This document shows positions 37,420-51,968 of a stretch of DNA of 64,000 bases, in pieces. Under the pieces are notes generated by a model. It saw only the letters and a program-made list of their open reading frames with translations. It did no database searches and had not been told where the DNA came from. Location of the stretch: positions 18,538,001-18,602,000 of the forward strand of contig JBHGNT010000008.1 of NCBI GenBank assembly GCA_043228905.1, in the 5' to 3' direction. This stretch comes from Azolla caroliniana (taxonomy: Eukaryota > Plantae > Polypodiophyta). How positions within the stretch are numbered: the first letter of the stretch is position 1; the number at the start of each line of letters is the position of its first letter. Position numbers and translations under genes: made by a program.

Positions 37420-38600
37420 TGTTAGAAATTTGTTTTTGAGCTTTAATAAGTGATGAAAAAACCAGAGTTTTTATCACAAGTCGATACAATGTATCGAGTT
37501 CATGTTTAAAATTATTAATTTTTCCATAAAAAATATAAAAAAATAAAAAAAATTGAAAAAAACAAAAAAAATTAAAAAAAATTAAAAAAAATTGAAACAA
37601 ATTGAAAATGTTTTTTTAAAAATTAGAAAAAATTACTTTAAACATGAACTCGATACATTGTATTGAATTGTGATGAAAAATCTGGTTTTTCTATGAACTC
37701 AATCTTAATTTATTATTATTATTATTATTTAAATCTGGTAAAAAAACTTTGAACATGAATTCAATATATTGTATAGAGTTATGATGAAAACTCTATTTTT
37801 TACTTCAATACAACATATCGTGTTCATGTTTAAAACTCTTGTTGTTTTTCAAATAAAAGAGGTTTTTTAAAGATGTATGTTGCACAACAAGATACCTTAT
37901 GGTAAATGTGTGCTTCATTTATTAGAAGAAAACCATTAATAATTGTGTTGATGGTAATTGAACTTTGCAAATGCCATTTACTTCACAAAATTTGAAGGGG
38001 AATTCTTATAAGGAAGGAGATTATAACATTGTAGATACCCTGATAACTATGTGTTATGTTCAAATTGATATATTAATGTTCACATCTAAAGTTTGACAGT
38101 TTATGAATATCGTCTACATTTTAGGAGTTGTGGATTTATCAAAATTGTTTATGAATATTGTCTACATTTCTTGAGTTGTGAATTTATGGATGTTAATGAG
38201 CACTAATTTATAGATGATGACATTAAGGATTGCAATATTACCTTTTATACTTAAAACATTTTCAAGTCTAACAATAGATGTAACCTTAATCTTCTCAAGA
38301 TGGTGAAACCATTAATCTTAACTTGTGCCTTGAGTTGACCATAATTGTGATTTTCTTTAAGTTAACTACATTTCATATCTGCAAACCATCAACATTTAAA
38401 CATTTATCCCTAAACTATTCAATTTTAGAAATTATCATTTTGAAATTTGTTAAATCTCAAAAAATTAGCAAAATTTACATGCTATTTAAAACATGTGATA
38501 CTGGTGTATCAAGTTTTTGGAAATTGTCTAAAATCGCAAGATTATAAAAGGAATCTATAAGTGGAATGCGCAATCCTTCCACTTGTGAATGCAAAGGTGT
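37420..38600. repeat. Third, more diverged arm of the foldback element (right-arm orientation)
   Basis: Co-linear with ~33070-34264. It ends GTGGAATGCGCAATCCTTCCACTTGTGAATGCAAAGGTGT. Confidence 0.8.
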
Positions 38601-41600
38601 TCTCTTCCGATTCAATTCCACTTACATCCGAATTGGTTGTCTCCAATTCGTCTTTAGTCTTTAGGCCTTTGACAATGTCAGACCACGTCTTGGTCTTGGC
38701 CTTACCTCCCACTGATTCGGCTATCCTCGACTCTTCCCTACGATTACGGCCCTTGCTCTCTTCATCGACTTCTTCAGCCGGCCCGAAATTGAATTCTTCA
38801 TTTGACTTTGACTCACGATCACTTCCACCGCGATGATCACCTTTGTTCCTTTCACTCTCTTGTTCCTGTCTCCCCCTGAAGTTCGGCATGTCGAGGTGAC
38901 GTTGCATGGCTTTCCTGAATCTCGGCGAAGCTTTGCGTTTCTAGCCAGAGGGGTCGAGATGGGCTTATAGTTGGCCATCCCGAACATGAAGAGCATATTC
39001 AACGCGTAATGACGCTGGTTGATCAATATGCCTTCGGGGGCGCGGATCACTTCGATCTCGAGGAAGTAATGAAGGTCACCAAGATCCTTCATTTCGAATG
39101 ATGCCGCAAGCTGAGACTTTACACGGCGGATTTCGTCCAGGTCGGCACCAATGATAACTAAATCATGAACATACAGTAGAAGGCTAACCGGTCCATATTG
39201 ACCTACGCAACTGTTGCGTAATCTTCGAGTTCCAGGCTCGCGGGGTTTGCTTAAGGCCATAGAGTGACTTCTTCAGTCGGCAAATTGCCGAAGTGTTTCG
39301 TTCAGATAGAAATCCGGGGGGTTGTACCATGTACTGGGCTGATTCTCTTGTGCCATAGTTTCAAGTCTTTTTCAACTTTGAGGCCTTTTGCGAACATAGC
39401 CGATTTCACCTCTTTTGATTCTGGGATGAACATTCGGCCTTCTCGACGACCATGGGTTATAGGTCGAGCGTCTTTTTCAATGAAGCACCCTTCATTGTTA
39501 AACCGCACTTACATGCCTTGTTCTACAATCTGGCTGACCGAGACCAGATTTTTCGTGATGGTTGGAACATGCAAGAATTATTTGAGGTAGGTTTGGTTGC
39601 CATCGTTCCCGAAACTGGGCCGATCAGGCTTTCGTAATTCTCGAAACCAATCTTCATGGGACGTCATATGATTGGATGCTCCCGAGTCGACAAACCATAC
39701 ACTGTCTGAAGAAGAGGTGCTAGTCAGAGCCTATGCCGTCATCAAACATGCTTCATGTCTCATTACGAACATTCCGCTAGGGCCATCATAATCAGAATTC
39801 GTAGCGTAATTCGTGAGTTGCCGGCTGGTCGAAGCCGAGTCTCGTTTCTTCTTTCGGCACCCCTCTTCGTAGTGGCCGAGTTTTCCACAGTGCCTGCATT
39901 CGATTGGGTTGTTACGATTGCTTGGTCTAGTAGGATGACTCCCCCTTCTACCAAAGTCCTTGGAATTGTTCCTATCATCTTGCCATTGGTGGGAGTTGCG
40001 CTCTTGCGTCAGTCGACTGTGTCGGCCTTGTCCGAGTCGACCTCTATTTCCACGACCGAATCCTCTTCCCTCATTTGATCTGGAATAGAGCATCTGACCA
40101 TCAGACACATTGTTCCTTTGTTGAATGTGATTTTCTTCGACCAAAAGAATCGATTGAAGAGCATATTCAGCGCATAATGATGCTGACTGATCAATATGCC
40201 TTCGGGGGCGCGCATCACTTCGATCCCGAGGAAGTAATGAAGGTCTCCAAGATCCTTCATTTCTAATGTTGTCGCAAGCTGAGACTTTACACGACGGATT
40301 TCGTCCAGGTCGGCACCGACGATGACTAAATCATGAACATATAGTAGAAGGCTAACCGGTCCATATTGACCTTGCTGAACAAATAGTGAAGAGTCCGATT
40401 TTGACGTCGTAAACCCCATCCTATGCAACTGTTGCGTAATCTTCGCATTCCAGGCTCGCAGGGCTTGCTTAAGTCCATAGAGTGACTTCTTCAGTCGGCA
40501 AACTGCCGAAGTGTTTCGTTCGGATAGAAATCCGGGGGGTTGTACCATGTACACCTGTTCCTCAAGATCACCTTGTAGGAACGCGTTCTTTACATCCATC
40601 TGATGTAAGTGCCACCCCTTTGCCGCAACTACAGCTAGTAGAACACACATGGTAGTCATCTTCGGGACAGGCGTGAAGGTCTCGTCATAGTCCACATCGT
40701 GCTTCTGCGGTTCTAATTGTTGGATCGTTGTAGCTAGCAAGTCTTCTCGACTCATCTCCTCTTGCCATGGCAAAGTAGTCCATGAGGTAATACTTTACTT
40801 GATAGGCATTATTGGTTTTTGCCCTAATATGAGCTCGGCCTGCATATATCTAGCAGTCGTGCTATGTGTAGTTCTATTGGCCCACAATGCATATGGTTAT
40901 AATCGTGGCCAGTCCATCTTCTTCCCATCGCAAGCCTTTGCTAGAGCTTTTATAATCAGGCTATGTCCCCACTCCACCTTTCCATTTGCCTCCGGGTTGT
41001 ATGCCATGGTGAGTGATAATTTGACGCCTATCCTTTAGAAAAACTCTTTAGCTTCATTTAAATCGAATTCTCCTCTATCGGCTACTATTTTGCCGACACA
41101 TCCATATCAACAAATAACATCTTCAAGGAGAAACTTGCAAACCGCCAAAGTTGTTTTATTCCTTAGTGCCCGACCTTCTACTTGGTTGGTGAGATCCTCT
41201 CTTGCTAGCACGAGGTATCTCATTTGCCACAATCCCATTGGCATACTTATAGTGCATAAATAATGGTTATGTCACATGAAGTTCATCCCTCTTTTGAACA
41301 TTCGAGTATAATTGGCATTGCACAGATTTTTCAACATAGCTTGCTACATCTTTGTAAACACCCGGCCACCAATACTTGTCCTTGAGCTTTGCAAAAGTTG
41401 CCCATATACCTCGATGACCTGCCTACACACTATCATGAAATTCAACAATTAGTGTTTGTTGATCTTGTTTCTTGCACATCACTCATAGTGGAGTTCCATT
41501 CTCCCTCTTTGGAAACTTCTATAGATGTCCTTCTTTGAGGAAGAACTTGTAGGCCTTCTTCCTAATTCGGTTGAAGTCTTCTTTTGACCATGATTCATCC

Positions 41601-44600
41601 TTTGTAAGAGAGCTTAAGTACTTGCAAATTTCGATGAATTCGCCCTCACCAATCGTCGGTGAGGCCGTGTGCTTCATGATCATCTTCGAGCTCGAATAAA
41701 ATGTCCATCCTTTCCTCCCGATGGACCATCTTAAAAAATAGGAGGACTTTGTTTGCCCCCACTGATCTCCGATCCCACTCCAAGAGTTGAGCAAAACGAC
41801 GCTCGAACTCTTGGAATGCTTCCATTGCGCTTTCGACTTCCACCGAACTCTTGAAGTCGTCGATAAAGTTTGCAAAGTAATGACTTCCACCGAGACTCAC
41901 GTTCTGTGCCGGACCCACACATCCGAATGGATCAAATCTAGCGGATTTTGACTACGATTACGCTCATTGGGGAATGGAAGTTGGTGTTGTTTTCCCATTT
42001 GGCAAGCTTCACAGACTTGGCCATTCTGGCCTCGAACTTTCAGCAAGCCGAACACAATGTTCTTTGTCCACATTTCACGAACCCACGGGAAGTTAATATG
42101 GCCGAACTGCTTATGCCACAGGTTGATGTCCAACTCGACCTTCTACCCTTTCACAAACATAGTGGTGCCCACATTGTTGGTTTCGAGGATAAACATCCTC
42201 CCTTCACGGCGCCCTTGTGCGATTACTTTGCCTTCCTCTTCTATGAAGCACCCTAGATGTGTGAATCGAACCTGCATCCCTTGGTCAAGGATCAGTCTGA
42301 CCAACACTAGGTTTTTCATTATTGTCGGGACGTGTAGCACATTCAAAAGTTTCCCTTTCTGTCCGACATGGCTGAGGGGAACTTCACCGACATGTTCGAT
42401 GGTATGCGGGGTGTCATCTCCCGTTTCGACTACCCCTTGCTTTTTCGACTTCTCCAAGTATGAGAACCATTCCTCGTGACTTGTCATATGATTTGACGCT
42501 TCAGAATCAACATACCACACGTCGCTCGATTTCGAGGTGTTCAGGGCCATTGAATTGGCCTTGTGCTTCATTACGAAGGCAGGGCGCGATCCATTTCCAG
42601 CTTGTTCGGAGTCCTCAGCGTAGTGTGACTTTTGACGCCTTCCTGCGTCTCTCCTATTTGGTCTGGCTTTGTCTGAATCGGCTTGTTTCTTCCAGCACTC
42701 GCTATCCCTGTGGCCTTTCTTCCCACACTACCAGCATTCTGTTGCGGCCTTATCTTGCTGGATTCTGGTGCCGCCATGACTCCCCTTGCTTCCTGAGAGT
42801 TCGGAATTGTTCTCGACATTTCGATTATGTCGTCCATTCAGCTCTTTTCGGCCTCCTCCATTATGCGTTGATCCGCCTCATCCACCACGACCACGGGGCC
42901 TATCTCCCTCCGTGAACAACATCTTTCCATCAGCGTGCGTACTCGTCGATGCACCCGCGTGATTTTCCTCCACGAGCAACATTGACTGAAGCTCAAAGAA
43001 CGTAGGCGTATTCTCCCTCGTACAGACCGCCGTAAGGAACGCTCCGAACTTTGACGCTAACCCACCAAGACAAACCTGCACCATGTCATCTTCCTCGACG
43101 TTCACGTTGACGGAGGCGAGAGAGTCTCATATTTCTTTGATCTTGGAGGTGTAATCCGCCACCGACATATCTTGTTGTCAAACATTGCTCAACTCCTACT
43201 TGAGTTGAAGCTTCCTGGCTGTGGTGCTAACGGCAAAAGTCTTTTTGATATTCGCCCATGCGTCCTTTGGTGTCTTGGCATCCCGAATATGGCTCAATAG
43301 CTAGTCGCTCGCACAGGACGCAAAGCAGTAGAGAACTCTACTTGCCGCCTGTTCCCAAGACGAAAAATCCATGTGTGTCGATTCGGGTGTTGTATCATTA
43401 TCTCCTTCAACATAACTCCAATAGCCATGACCAAGCAGGTACTAGTGCATCTTGTACGACCAAGATGCGTAGTTGCTCATGTTGAGCTTCTTAGTCGGTA
43501 GCGAGCTTCCCATTCCTCTGTCCATGTTGTTGTCTTACCTTTCCCGAAAGCCAAGAATACCAACTCAACTATGTCTCTGTCACAAGCTTTTCTGTCGGCT
43601 ACAAAGGACTTCAACCCTTGCGCTCTAATACCATGTTGTTGAGAATCAAACTCAACTTCCCATAGATAGGTTTCACACTAGCTCATGGACATATCAGGCT
43701 AGTTTTGTAAATAGTAGAAAGGGCCTTTGCCCTAGTTCAGTTGGTATTTAAACCAACCCCTTTCAGCTTAGTTGTTGTTGGATGTCTTATGCTTTCAGAT
43801 GTAATTTTGGTCAATATACAATTTTTCTATCTCTTTCTTAAGAGCTCTCGCTCTCTCACTCTCTCTCACTCTGTCTTGAGACACACACACACACACTCAT
43901 CTTCCGCTGCATTGCAACCACTCTTGCCTCCTCATTTCTTTACATATTATCAGAGCGAGTGGTTGCCTGATCAAGCATTTTCGACTGTGTTGTGCTGCAT
44001 GCGGACAATCAACAAAACTGGCCCATCGACAGAGAAGAAATCACCGATGAATACTCAAATGGGAAGTGCCCTTCCTACCGAGACGATCAACAGAACAAAC
44101 TTTGCATCTTGGGAATACAAGATGCATCAATATCTTGTCGGACAAGGCTACTGGAGCTACATCGAAGGAGCTCACGAATCACACCCCAACCCAACACACG
44201 CCGACTATCCCGTTTGGGAGTAGGCCGCAAGCTGTGTGTTGTATTGCCTTGCATCATGCGTTCATGATCATATGCTTGGCTACATTCGACAGGCAAAAAC
44301 GCCGAAGCAGGCGTGGGAAAACCTCAAGAAGATTTTCGCAGCCAATACGACAACACGAAAGCTCCAACTTCGACAGGAGCTGAACAATCTTCAAGAAAGG
44401 GACATGTCAATCAGCAACTACACCTTAAAGATTAATGATTTGTGTGATGCCCTTGGATCGATCAATGTTAGCATTGACGATGAAGAAATGGTGCAGATAT
44501 GCCTCGGTGGCTTAGCACCACGATTTGGCGCAATAAGATCGGTCGTTCTCACGAGAGAGAATCCTCCCTTCTTTTTTGATCTCCAATCGTTATTGTTGGT

Positions 44601-47600
44601 CAACGAGAACCACGTGCGTCAAAGGAACAAATCACACGAAGGATAGATGCTATATTCAAACTTCGATGGAGGAAGAGGAAACGGTCACGGCAGGAGAGGC
44701 CAATATGGCCAAGGTCGACACAATCAACATCGTAACTCCCACCAATGGCAAGCGGACAGAAACGGCCCCAGATAGTTCGGTCATCACGCCAGACCAAGAA
44801 ACCATGGGAACCCAGTTGAGTGCGAGTACTGCGGAAAACCTGGCCACTACAAAGAGGAGTGTCGGAAGAAGAAGCGTGAGCAAGGCCAACAACTAACAAA
44901 TTACATCAAGAACTCCGACTATGGCAACCGCTGCGGAATGTTCATAATGAAGCACGAAGCGCACTCCATGTGCACACTTGTGTCAACTACAGCTTCCACT
45001 CTGAACAACGTATGGTTTGTCAGTTCAGGAGCATCAAATCGCATGACATCCCATGAAGATTGGTTTCGGGAACTTCGGAAGCCCGAATGTCCCGGATATG
45101 TCGAAACAGGAGATGACACGACTCACCCCATACAGCATATCGGGAACGTCCCATTCAGAAACGACGACAAACAGACCTACCTCAAGAATGTGGTGCATGT
45201 CCCCACCATCACGAAAAACCTGGTCTCAGTCGGCTAGATTGTCGAACAAGGAATGCAAGTACGCTTCAATAATGACAGATGCTTCATCGAAAAAGGCGAT
45301 CAAGTTGTCGCTCATGGCCGACGAGAAGGCCGTATGTTCATCCTCGAATCGAGCGAGGTAAAGTCGGCCATGTACACAAAGGGCCAGAAAGTCGAAACCG
45401 ACTTAAAACTGTGGCACAAGAGAATCGGTCACATTAATCTCCAGAAGCTACAAAATGTGCAATCGAAAGGAGTCGTAATCGGACTCCCGAACATTCCGGC
45501 AAAGGAGATTACAGGCGTATACGAAGCATGTCAGTTCGGAAAGAAACACCGTCACCCATTCCCTAATGAGTGGAATGTGAGCAAAGGGATCCTGGATGTC
45601 GTACATTCAGATGCGTGGGGACCACCCCAGACAACAACATTCGGTGGATGCCGATACTATGTCACGTTCATCGACGACTTCTCCAGGAACACCTGGATAT
45701 ATCCGATGAAGCCGAAGACTGAAGTGTTCAGGCACTTCCAGACATTCAAGGCCGAAGTCGATAAAACTATGGGTCGGCATATACGTTGTCTTCGATCAGA
45801 TGGAGGCAAAGAATATTTTTCGGATGAATTTTCAGCATATCTCCGAAAAGAAGGAATCTGACGAGAGGTCTCGTGTCGACACACGCCTCAGCAAAACGGC
45901 GTAGCAGAGTGTAAAAATCGCCATGATGAATGAGAAGAACCTGCCGAAATCATATTGGGCAGAAGCGGCAAATACGGCCGTATATCTCATGAACATATGT
46001 ACAACCTCGGGAGTACACGATATAACTCCGCATGAGAAATTCTTCGAAAAGAGGTCACATTTCCGCATTTTCGATTCTATCGCCTATGTACATATTCCCG
46101 ACGATATGCGGCAAAAGCTTGACCCAAAGTCTGAGAAATGTATCCTGGTAGGATACTCACGCGAACAGAAGGGGTACAAATGCTATAACCCATCTACCCA
46201 TAAGGTTCGAATAAGTTGAGACGTAGTCTTCGACGAATATGTATCCTAGTACGCACAAGTGGATACTTCGACTCCAACCCTGCTCGACGCAGATGACAAT
46301 GAAACAGAAATAGAAGCCGAGGATCGGCTCACACAGATGTTAGAAGACAACCCAATTACGACACGGCTGAGTGGGCCATCATAGCCGCTGAGCGATGAAA
46401 GCACATCTCGGCATAGTCCGAAGCTGGAGAAAGGGAAGGCGAAAATGCGGGAATATGAAGATTAGTTCGAATTTGAATAGACCCACTCCATTGATAGTAA
46501 GTTTGAAGGCCATGACACCGGGATAGACAGCATGAAGAAAGCTTTAGAATCTGCGAACTAAAAGCTATGTTGGTCCACCCGAGAGGAGAAGAACCTCGTA
46601 AACCGCTATGACTACGACGAGTACATGGCGTATCACTACGCTTTTATGATGAAAGTAGTATCAGTACGGGAACCGGAAATGCTTTCTGAAGCCGCAAAGG
46701 ATCCGCGGTGGGTCGACGGAATGAATGAGGAGATGGAAGCTTTATGCAAAAAAGTGATTGGTTGTAGATGGATATACAAAGTAAAATACAATGCCGACGG
46801 ATCCGTAAATCACTTCAAAGCACGGCTCGTTGCGAAAGGCTACGCGCAAACGCATGGCATAGAATTCGAAGAAACCTTTGCCCCCGGTGGCAAAGATGAC
46901 AACTGTACGGAAAGTAATTGCACTCGCTGCAGCGAAGGGATGGCACCTCCACTAGATGGACATGAAAAATGCTTTCCTCCATGGAGAGTTAGAAGAAGAG
47001 GTGTACATGATACAACCACCCGGATTCGAATCGCGTAAGCATCCGCACGCCGTATGCAAACTCAAGAAGCCACTCTACCGCCTCAAACAAGCACCACATG
47101 CTTGGCACTCGAAGATCACGCAGTATCTTCACCAAGTCGGACTTCGGATGTCAAAATCTGACACCTCTCTTTACATCCGAAACGAGTCAGATAGCTTGAT
47201 CATCATCATCCTGTACGTGGAAGATTTGGTCATTGGAGGGAAGGATCTCGCCGAGATTAACAAAGTCAAATCACCTCTTTCTGGCAGATTCAAAGTGAAA
47301 GACTTACACGAGCTCCATTACTTCCTAGGTATTGAAGTAATTTAGACACCAGTTGGAATAATGATCTCTCAACGACACCGCATTCTCAACTTACTCTACA
47401 AGTTCGGAATGACCAAGTGCAAGCTTGTGTTTACCCCTCTTGATCGTAATCTCAAGATCGATGCCAATTCCGGAACTGTTGAGAGTGAGCCGACTCAGTA
47501 TCGACAACTGATCGATAGTTTGATCTATCTGACCATTACGCGACCCGACCTCAGTTATTCGATCGGCCTACTTAGCCAGTTTATGCAAAATCCACAAAAT

Positions 47601-48773
47601 CTTCATCTAGACTACACTAAGAGGATACTTCAGTATGTCAATACGACAATGGACTATGGCGTTATGTATAAGACCAATGCGATCATTCGACTCGAAGGGT
47701 ACACAGATGCGGACTTGGCAGGATATAAAGCGGACAGACAATCCACGAGCGCATATAGGCCGGAGAGATCGACCTACAACACATCAGTACACACCTCGAG
47801 GTTGCTAATATTTTCACGAAAGCTCTAGGAAATTTGCATCGGACCTTGGTCTCACGACGTCTACTTTGCCGAGCGTGAGGGGGAGTACACAACATACACA
47901 GCACGGCTAGACTACGCAACACGCAATAAGAAGCATAAAGTAATAAAGCCGGAATCTGATTCCTTAAATCGAAGTACTCCGAAGACCAAAACAACTTTTC
48001 GACAGATGGAAGTTGTGTTCAAAGGGGCATGTTGAGAATCGAACTCAACTTCCCATAGATAGGTTTCACACTAGCTCATGGACATACCAGGCTAGTTTTG
48101 TAAATAGTAGAAAGGGCACTTGCCCTAGCTCAGTTGGTATTTAAACCAACCCCTTGTAACTTAGTTGTTATTGGATGTCTTATTCTTTGATGTAATTTTG
48201 GTCAATATACAGTTTTTCTATCTCTATCTTAAGAGCTCTCTCTCTCTCATTCTCTCTCACTCTATCTTGAGACACACACACACACAGAGTCATCTTCCGC
48301 TACATTACAACCACTCTTGCCTCATTTCTTTACACATGTAAAAGAATACGTGTGCGGTAGCGTATGCAAAACACAGAGTACACAGTTCGGAAAATGACAG
48401 TTTGGTAAAAAACACAGAAAAGACAGAGATGGAGAGGGAGAGGGAGAGATAGAGATAGAGACAGAGACAGAGAAAGTAGACAACTCAGTTCTATTTCAAA
48501 ACAATGACACTCTGTACATACTTTGTGTTCAGTGAGCACCTTTTATACAAGCCCTGACTATCGAGTTGACACAAGTACTGACAGTACTTGACTTCTCATA
48601 AATGGGCCTACTACACTAACTCCAAAAATTATTCCTTATGAGGAATACCATACTAACGGCCTTTCGGTTTACGCACTGATACGGCCACGTTATGCGTACT
48701 GTTTTACGCACCCAGTTTACGCACTAGGTTACGGACCGTGTTACGCACCCAATGTTGATTTTGTCACTCAATA
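38601..48773 (-). mobile_element. Copia G (A-related) with a scrambled copia/gypsy internal region; 5' LTR split by copia F
   Basis: PBS TGGTATTAGAGC (43622-43633). The LTR starts TGT at 43634 and resumes at 48340-48773, resembling the copia A LTR. Gag-PR-INT start at 43524-41850 is followed by a fragment mosaic. No 3' LTR was found. Confidence 0.78.
43637..48334 (+). mobile_element. Ty1/copia element F, near full-length and degenerate
   Basis: LTRs 43637-43944 and 48030-48334. Perfect 5-bp TSD CATGT. Degenerate iMet PBS TATTATCAGAGC and PPT AAAGGGGCA. Gag, PR, INT (FIDDFSR, LRSDGGKEY) and RT (YVED) are present; RNase H is partly deleted. Confidence 0.92.
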
Positions 48774-48987
48774 GTTTTACTATAGAAAATTGATGTATAT
48801 TCCAGATTTCTCTGGAACATTCTAGAAACTTTAGGAGTACTCCTAAGAACACTATCAAAGGAGGCACAAGGTATTATTTCGAACTAAATCAGTTCAACGC
48901 CAGTCTTAAGCCTCCTAGCTCCGTCACTCCCTAGTCCAAGACCCCGTGGTCCCGCCTTTCGCCACGCACACGCGTAGCAACGCGACA
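48774..48987 (+). repeat. 3' part of a gypsy LTR related to element C
   Basis: 48930-48987 is an inverted homolog of the C LTR end (60068-60125). It ends ...GCAACGCGACA and abuts C pol. Confidence 0.6.
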
Positions 48988-51968
48988 CCGTAGGAAGAAT
49001 CGGTACGCTTTCTTCCGAATCCGGTTGGTCTCTTCGTTCGTCCACACCGCATCCCGTGTCATTGTCTTCAGGAACCCGCCGATTTGGAGCCACTCCCCAT
49101 CGTACTTGCTCTCGTCGAATTCGTTAAGCGCCGGAGTGCTCCCCTTCCTTGTTGTTATGTAAGCCGTCTCGAAGAATTCCATGCCGACTTCCTCGTCCTC
49201 CGAAACCATGTTGTCCTCGTCATCGAACCTCGCTCTCAAAAGCATGTCGGCCATGGCATTGTCTTTTCTGGAAATGTGTTGTATTCACCTGAGCATTGCT
49301 AGGTTCGGTGTCGCGCATCCGGAAACCATGCCAAGAATCGGCAGACAGTCTGTCTCGATTATCACCTCTGTCTCGATCAGGTAGTCTTTATTGGCCTTGA
49401 CCGCCGAAAGGATACCCAGAGTTCGCATTTAACCTGGGCGTATCTTCGTTGTCGCTCATTGAGAACTTTTGCGCCGAACTGGATGGGGAACCTCGTGCCA
49501 TCGTTATCCTCTTGGTTAATCACCCATCTGATCCCGGTCGGACTCATGTCTACGGTCACGTAAATCGGAGTGTCTTCGCCGTGGACAACCTTTCGGAGCG
49601 CCGATGCCATGGTGAGCGCCTCCTTCAGTCTCCGAACCAACTCCGTGTGCTCGTCTCTCCACTCAAATTTACGCCCTTTCTTCAACAACCCGTAAAGTGG
49701 TTCCGCGACATGCACGTAGTGCGGAATCCAAATGTGATAGAACGCACATGCTCCTAGGATCCTTCAGACTTCCGTGACCGACCCGCAATCATCCTTCATC
49801 GCGGAGATGGCTTCTACCTTCGCCGGGGATCGCTTTCGGCCGTAAGGCCCACACAGGTGTCCGACTACCAGGATCTCCGGTTGTTTGAAGGCTGATTTTT
49901 TTCCAGAGAAGGTGAGCCGTGCGCTCTCGAGTCTATTTAGCACCTTCTCGCAGTCGCGGATGTGATCCGTCACAAACTTTCGACAACCGTCGGGCTCGAC
50001 CGACTTGTCCTTGTCCTTCACCGGACATCCTTTGATCGGGATGTCGTCCAGAAACGGCATGGTGATGTCCGGGATACAATCCCTCAGCACTTTGTTCATT
50101 GCGTTCACCATGTGGGCTACCGAGTTCGTCCCTCCTTGCGGGAGGGTACACATCCGCACTAGGCCGAGAGGAGTTCGCATTGTCGTAATGTCCCTGCTCT
50201 CCACGGCTAGTTCGAACTGATCGTACCCCGAGTATAGATCACAGACTGGGTAAATCGACCTTCCGACGAAGGCCTCCGCGAACTCGTCTATGGTCGGTCT
50301 GATTCTTGCGTTCCAAATGGTCACCTTGTTGACCGGTTGCAGGTCTTGAATAAAGCGCAACGTGTCATTCTTCTTTAGCACGGTAAACCACCGATTCGAG
50401 TATGGGGCACTCGACGGTTTGAGGATGCCCATCTCCACCTTCTACTTCAGCAACTCCATCAGCTTCGGGATGTGAGCTTTGGGTACCGGAATTGGTTTGA
50501 GATTCCACGGCACATGCGGTACCGTGAAGATCATCATTGGTTCCACAACCATCGGGTCTACACACCCGATCTCCTCCGGTGAAATGCGAAAGCCTTCCCG
50601 TGTCTCCCAAGCATTCTCTGAAACCGATCCTCTTCCGCCGGCATTAGAAATCCACCCCCACCGATCTTGAGCTCCTGTAGTGTTATGTCGGTGAACGTGT
50701 GTCCTATGCTGGCCGGATCTCGTAAACTTGGGTCTGACACTGTAACTTGCTGCCCTCCGGCAAGGGTGCCGCGATTGGCGTCACCTTCCAGTCCACAGTC
50801 TTGTACTTCGTATCCACTCGGGCCGTCCAATCCGACTCGAGTCCATTACCGAAGTCGGCGATGACTTCGTACATCCTTTCCGAACATACCGGAATCGTCT
50901 GGTCCTCATTCAAGCCTTCTCCGAACACCTCCCGTAACTTCCCTAAGGTGTCATCGAAAGAGACCGCCTCCACGGCTCCGTTGATTTCCCCTCCAGGGCC
51001 GAGGACTCCGCATGCCCGAAGTCGCTCCTCCGCCCACTTCTTTTCCCGGCCAACTAAGCCGGCTATCGTACAACCTCCGCTATCGGAGAACCAAAATTTC
51101 CTTCCTATGGTACAGGTCATTTTGCCTATAGTGCATCTGTGGGGTTTTCCCAGGGTGTCCGGACTATCGCGGCCCCACGCCTTGATAGCCCTCTCTAAAA
51201 ATCCCCTCGGTTTAGGGTCTCGCGGTTACACTCATGGTTCGGTCGCACCGTCAGGAACTGGACTGAGTGACGCCCATCCTCGCTCTTGACTCATGCATAT
51301 GCCGAACCGTTGTCCAACACCTTTGTCTCCATGCGCGCCGCCGTGATGTACGGTTCTCTGAGTATCACCGGATGCGAGGACGTCTCCTGCACGAAGAAGT
51401 GTTGATCGATCTCGATATCGTTGATTTTCACTCGTACATTCGGGCAGGCTCCGTGTAGCTCCTCCATGGTCCACATTGTTGCCTGTATCTTCCACCCGTG
51501 CTTGGTGTTGATCGGCCACTTTCCCTTCTTGTAGAAGTCCATGGACATCAAGTTGGTCTCCGAACCGTGGTCTACCAACCCCACACCGGCTCCTGGACGT
51601 CCCTGATCCGAACAGGGGTTTCCGTAGTGGCCCTAGCCCAATGTAGCCTCGAGTAGTGGCTTTCCGCCAATTCGTCCTCCAGGGCCATGTCTTCTAGGTG
51701 CATCGTTCGCACCTCCATGGCTTCTCCGGCTCCGGATTCGTCGAAAGCCTTTTCCGCTTCACCAAGTCTACGATGGAGTCGTGGAACTCCTTCTTGGTGA
51801 TACAGAGCACTTCCCATAGCGACAACTCCACTTTGCTATCAAGGATCCATTCCTTCAGGACCTTTCGTAGGTTCGTGGTCCTTTCGATCTCTGTGCTCAA
51901 CCGTTAACCGACCTTCTTGGCCTTGTCCAGTGCGCCGGATGCACCAACATCATTCTGCTTCGGCCCGA

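Noticed and set aside
43622-43956. A second apparent dual-PBS arrangement (PBS on both sides of one LTR)
   Set aside because: Explained by nesting: the CATGT TSD shows that copia F inserted at copia G's PBS, and F has its own PPT. This is unlike gypsy B, where both sites are internal to the LTR pair.
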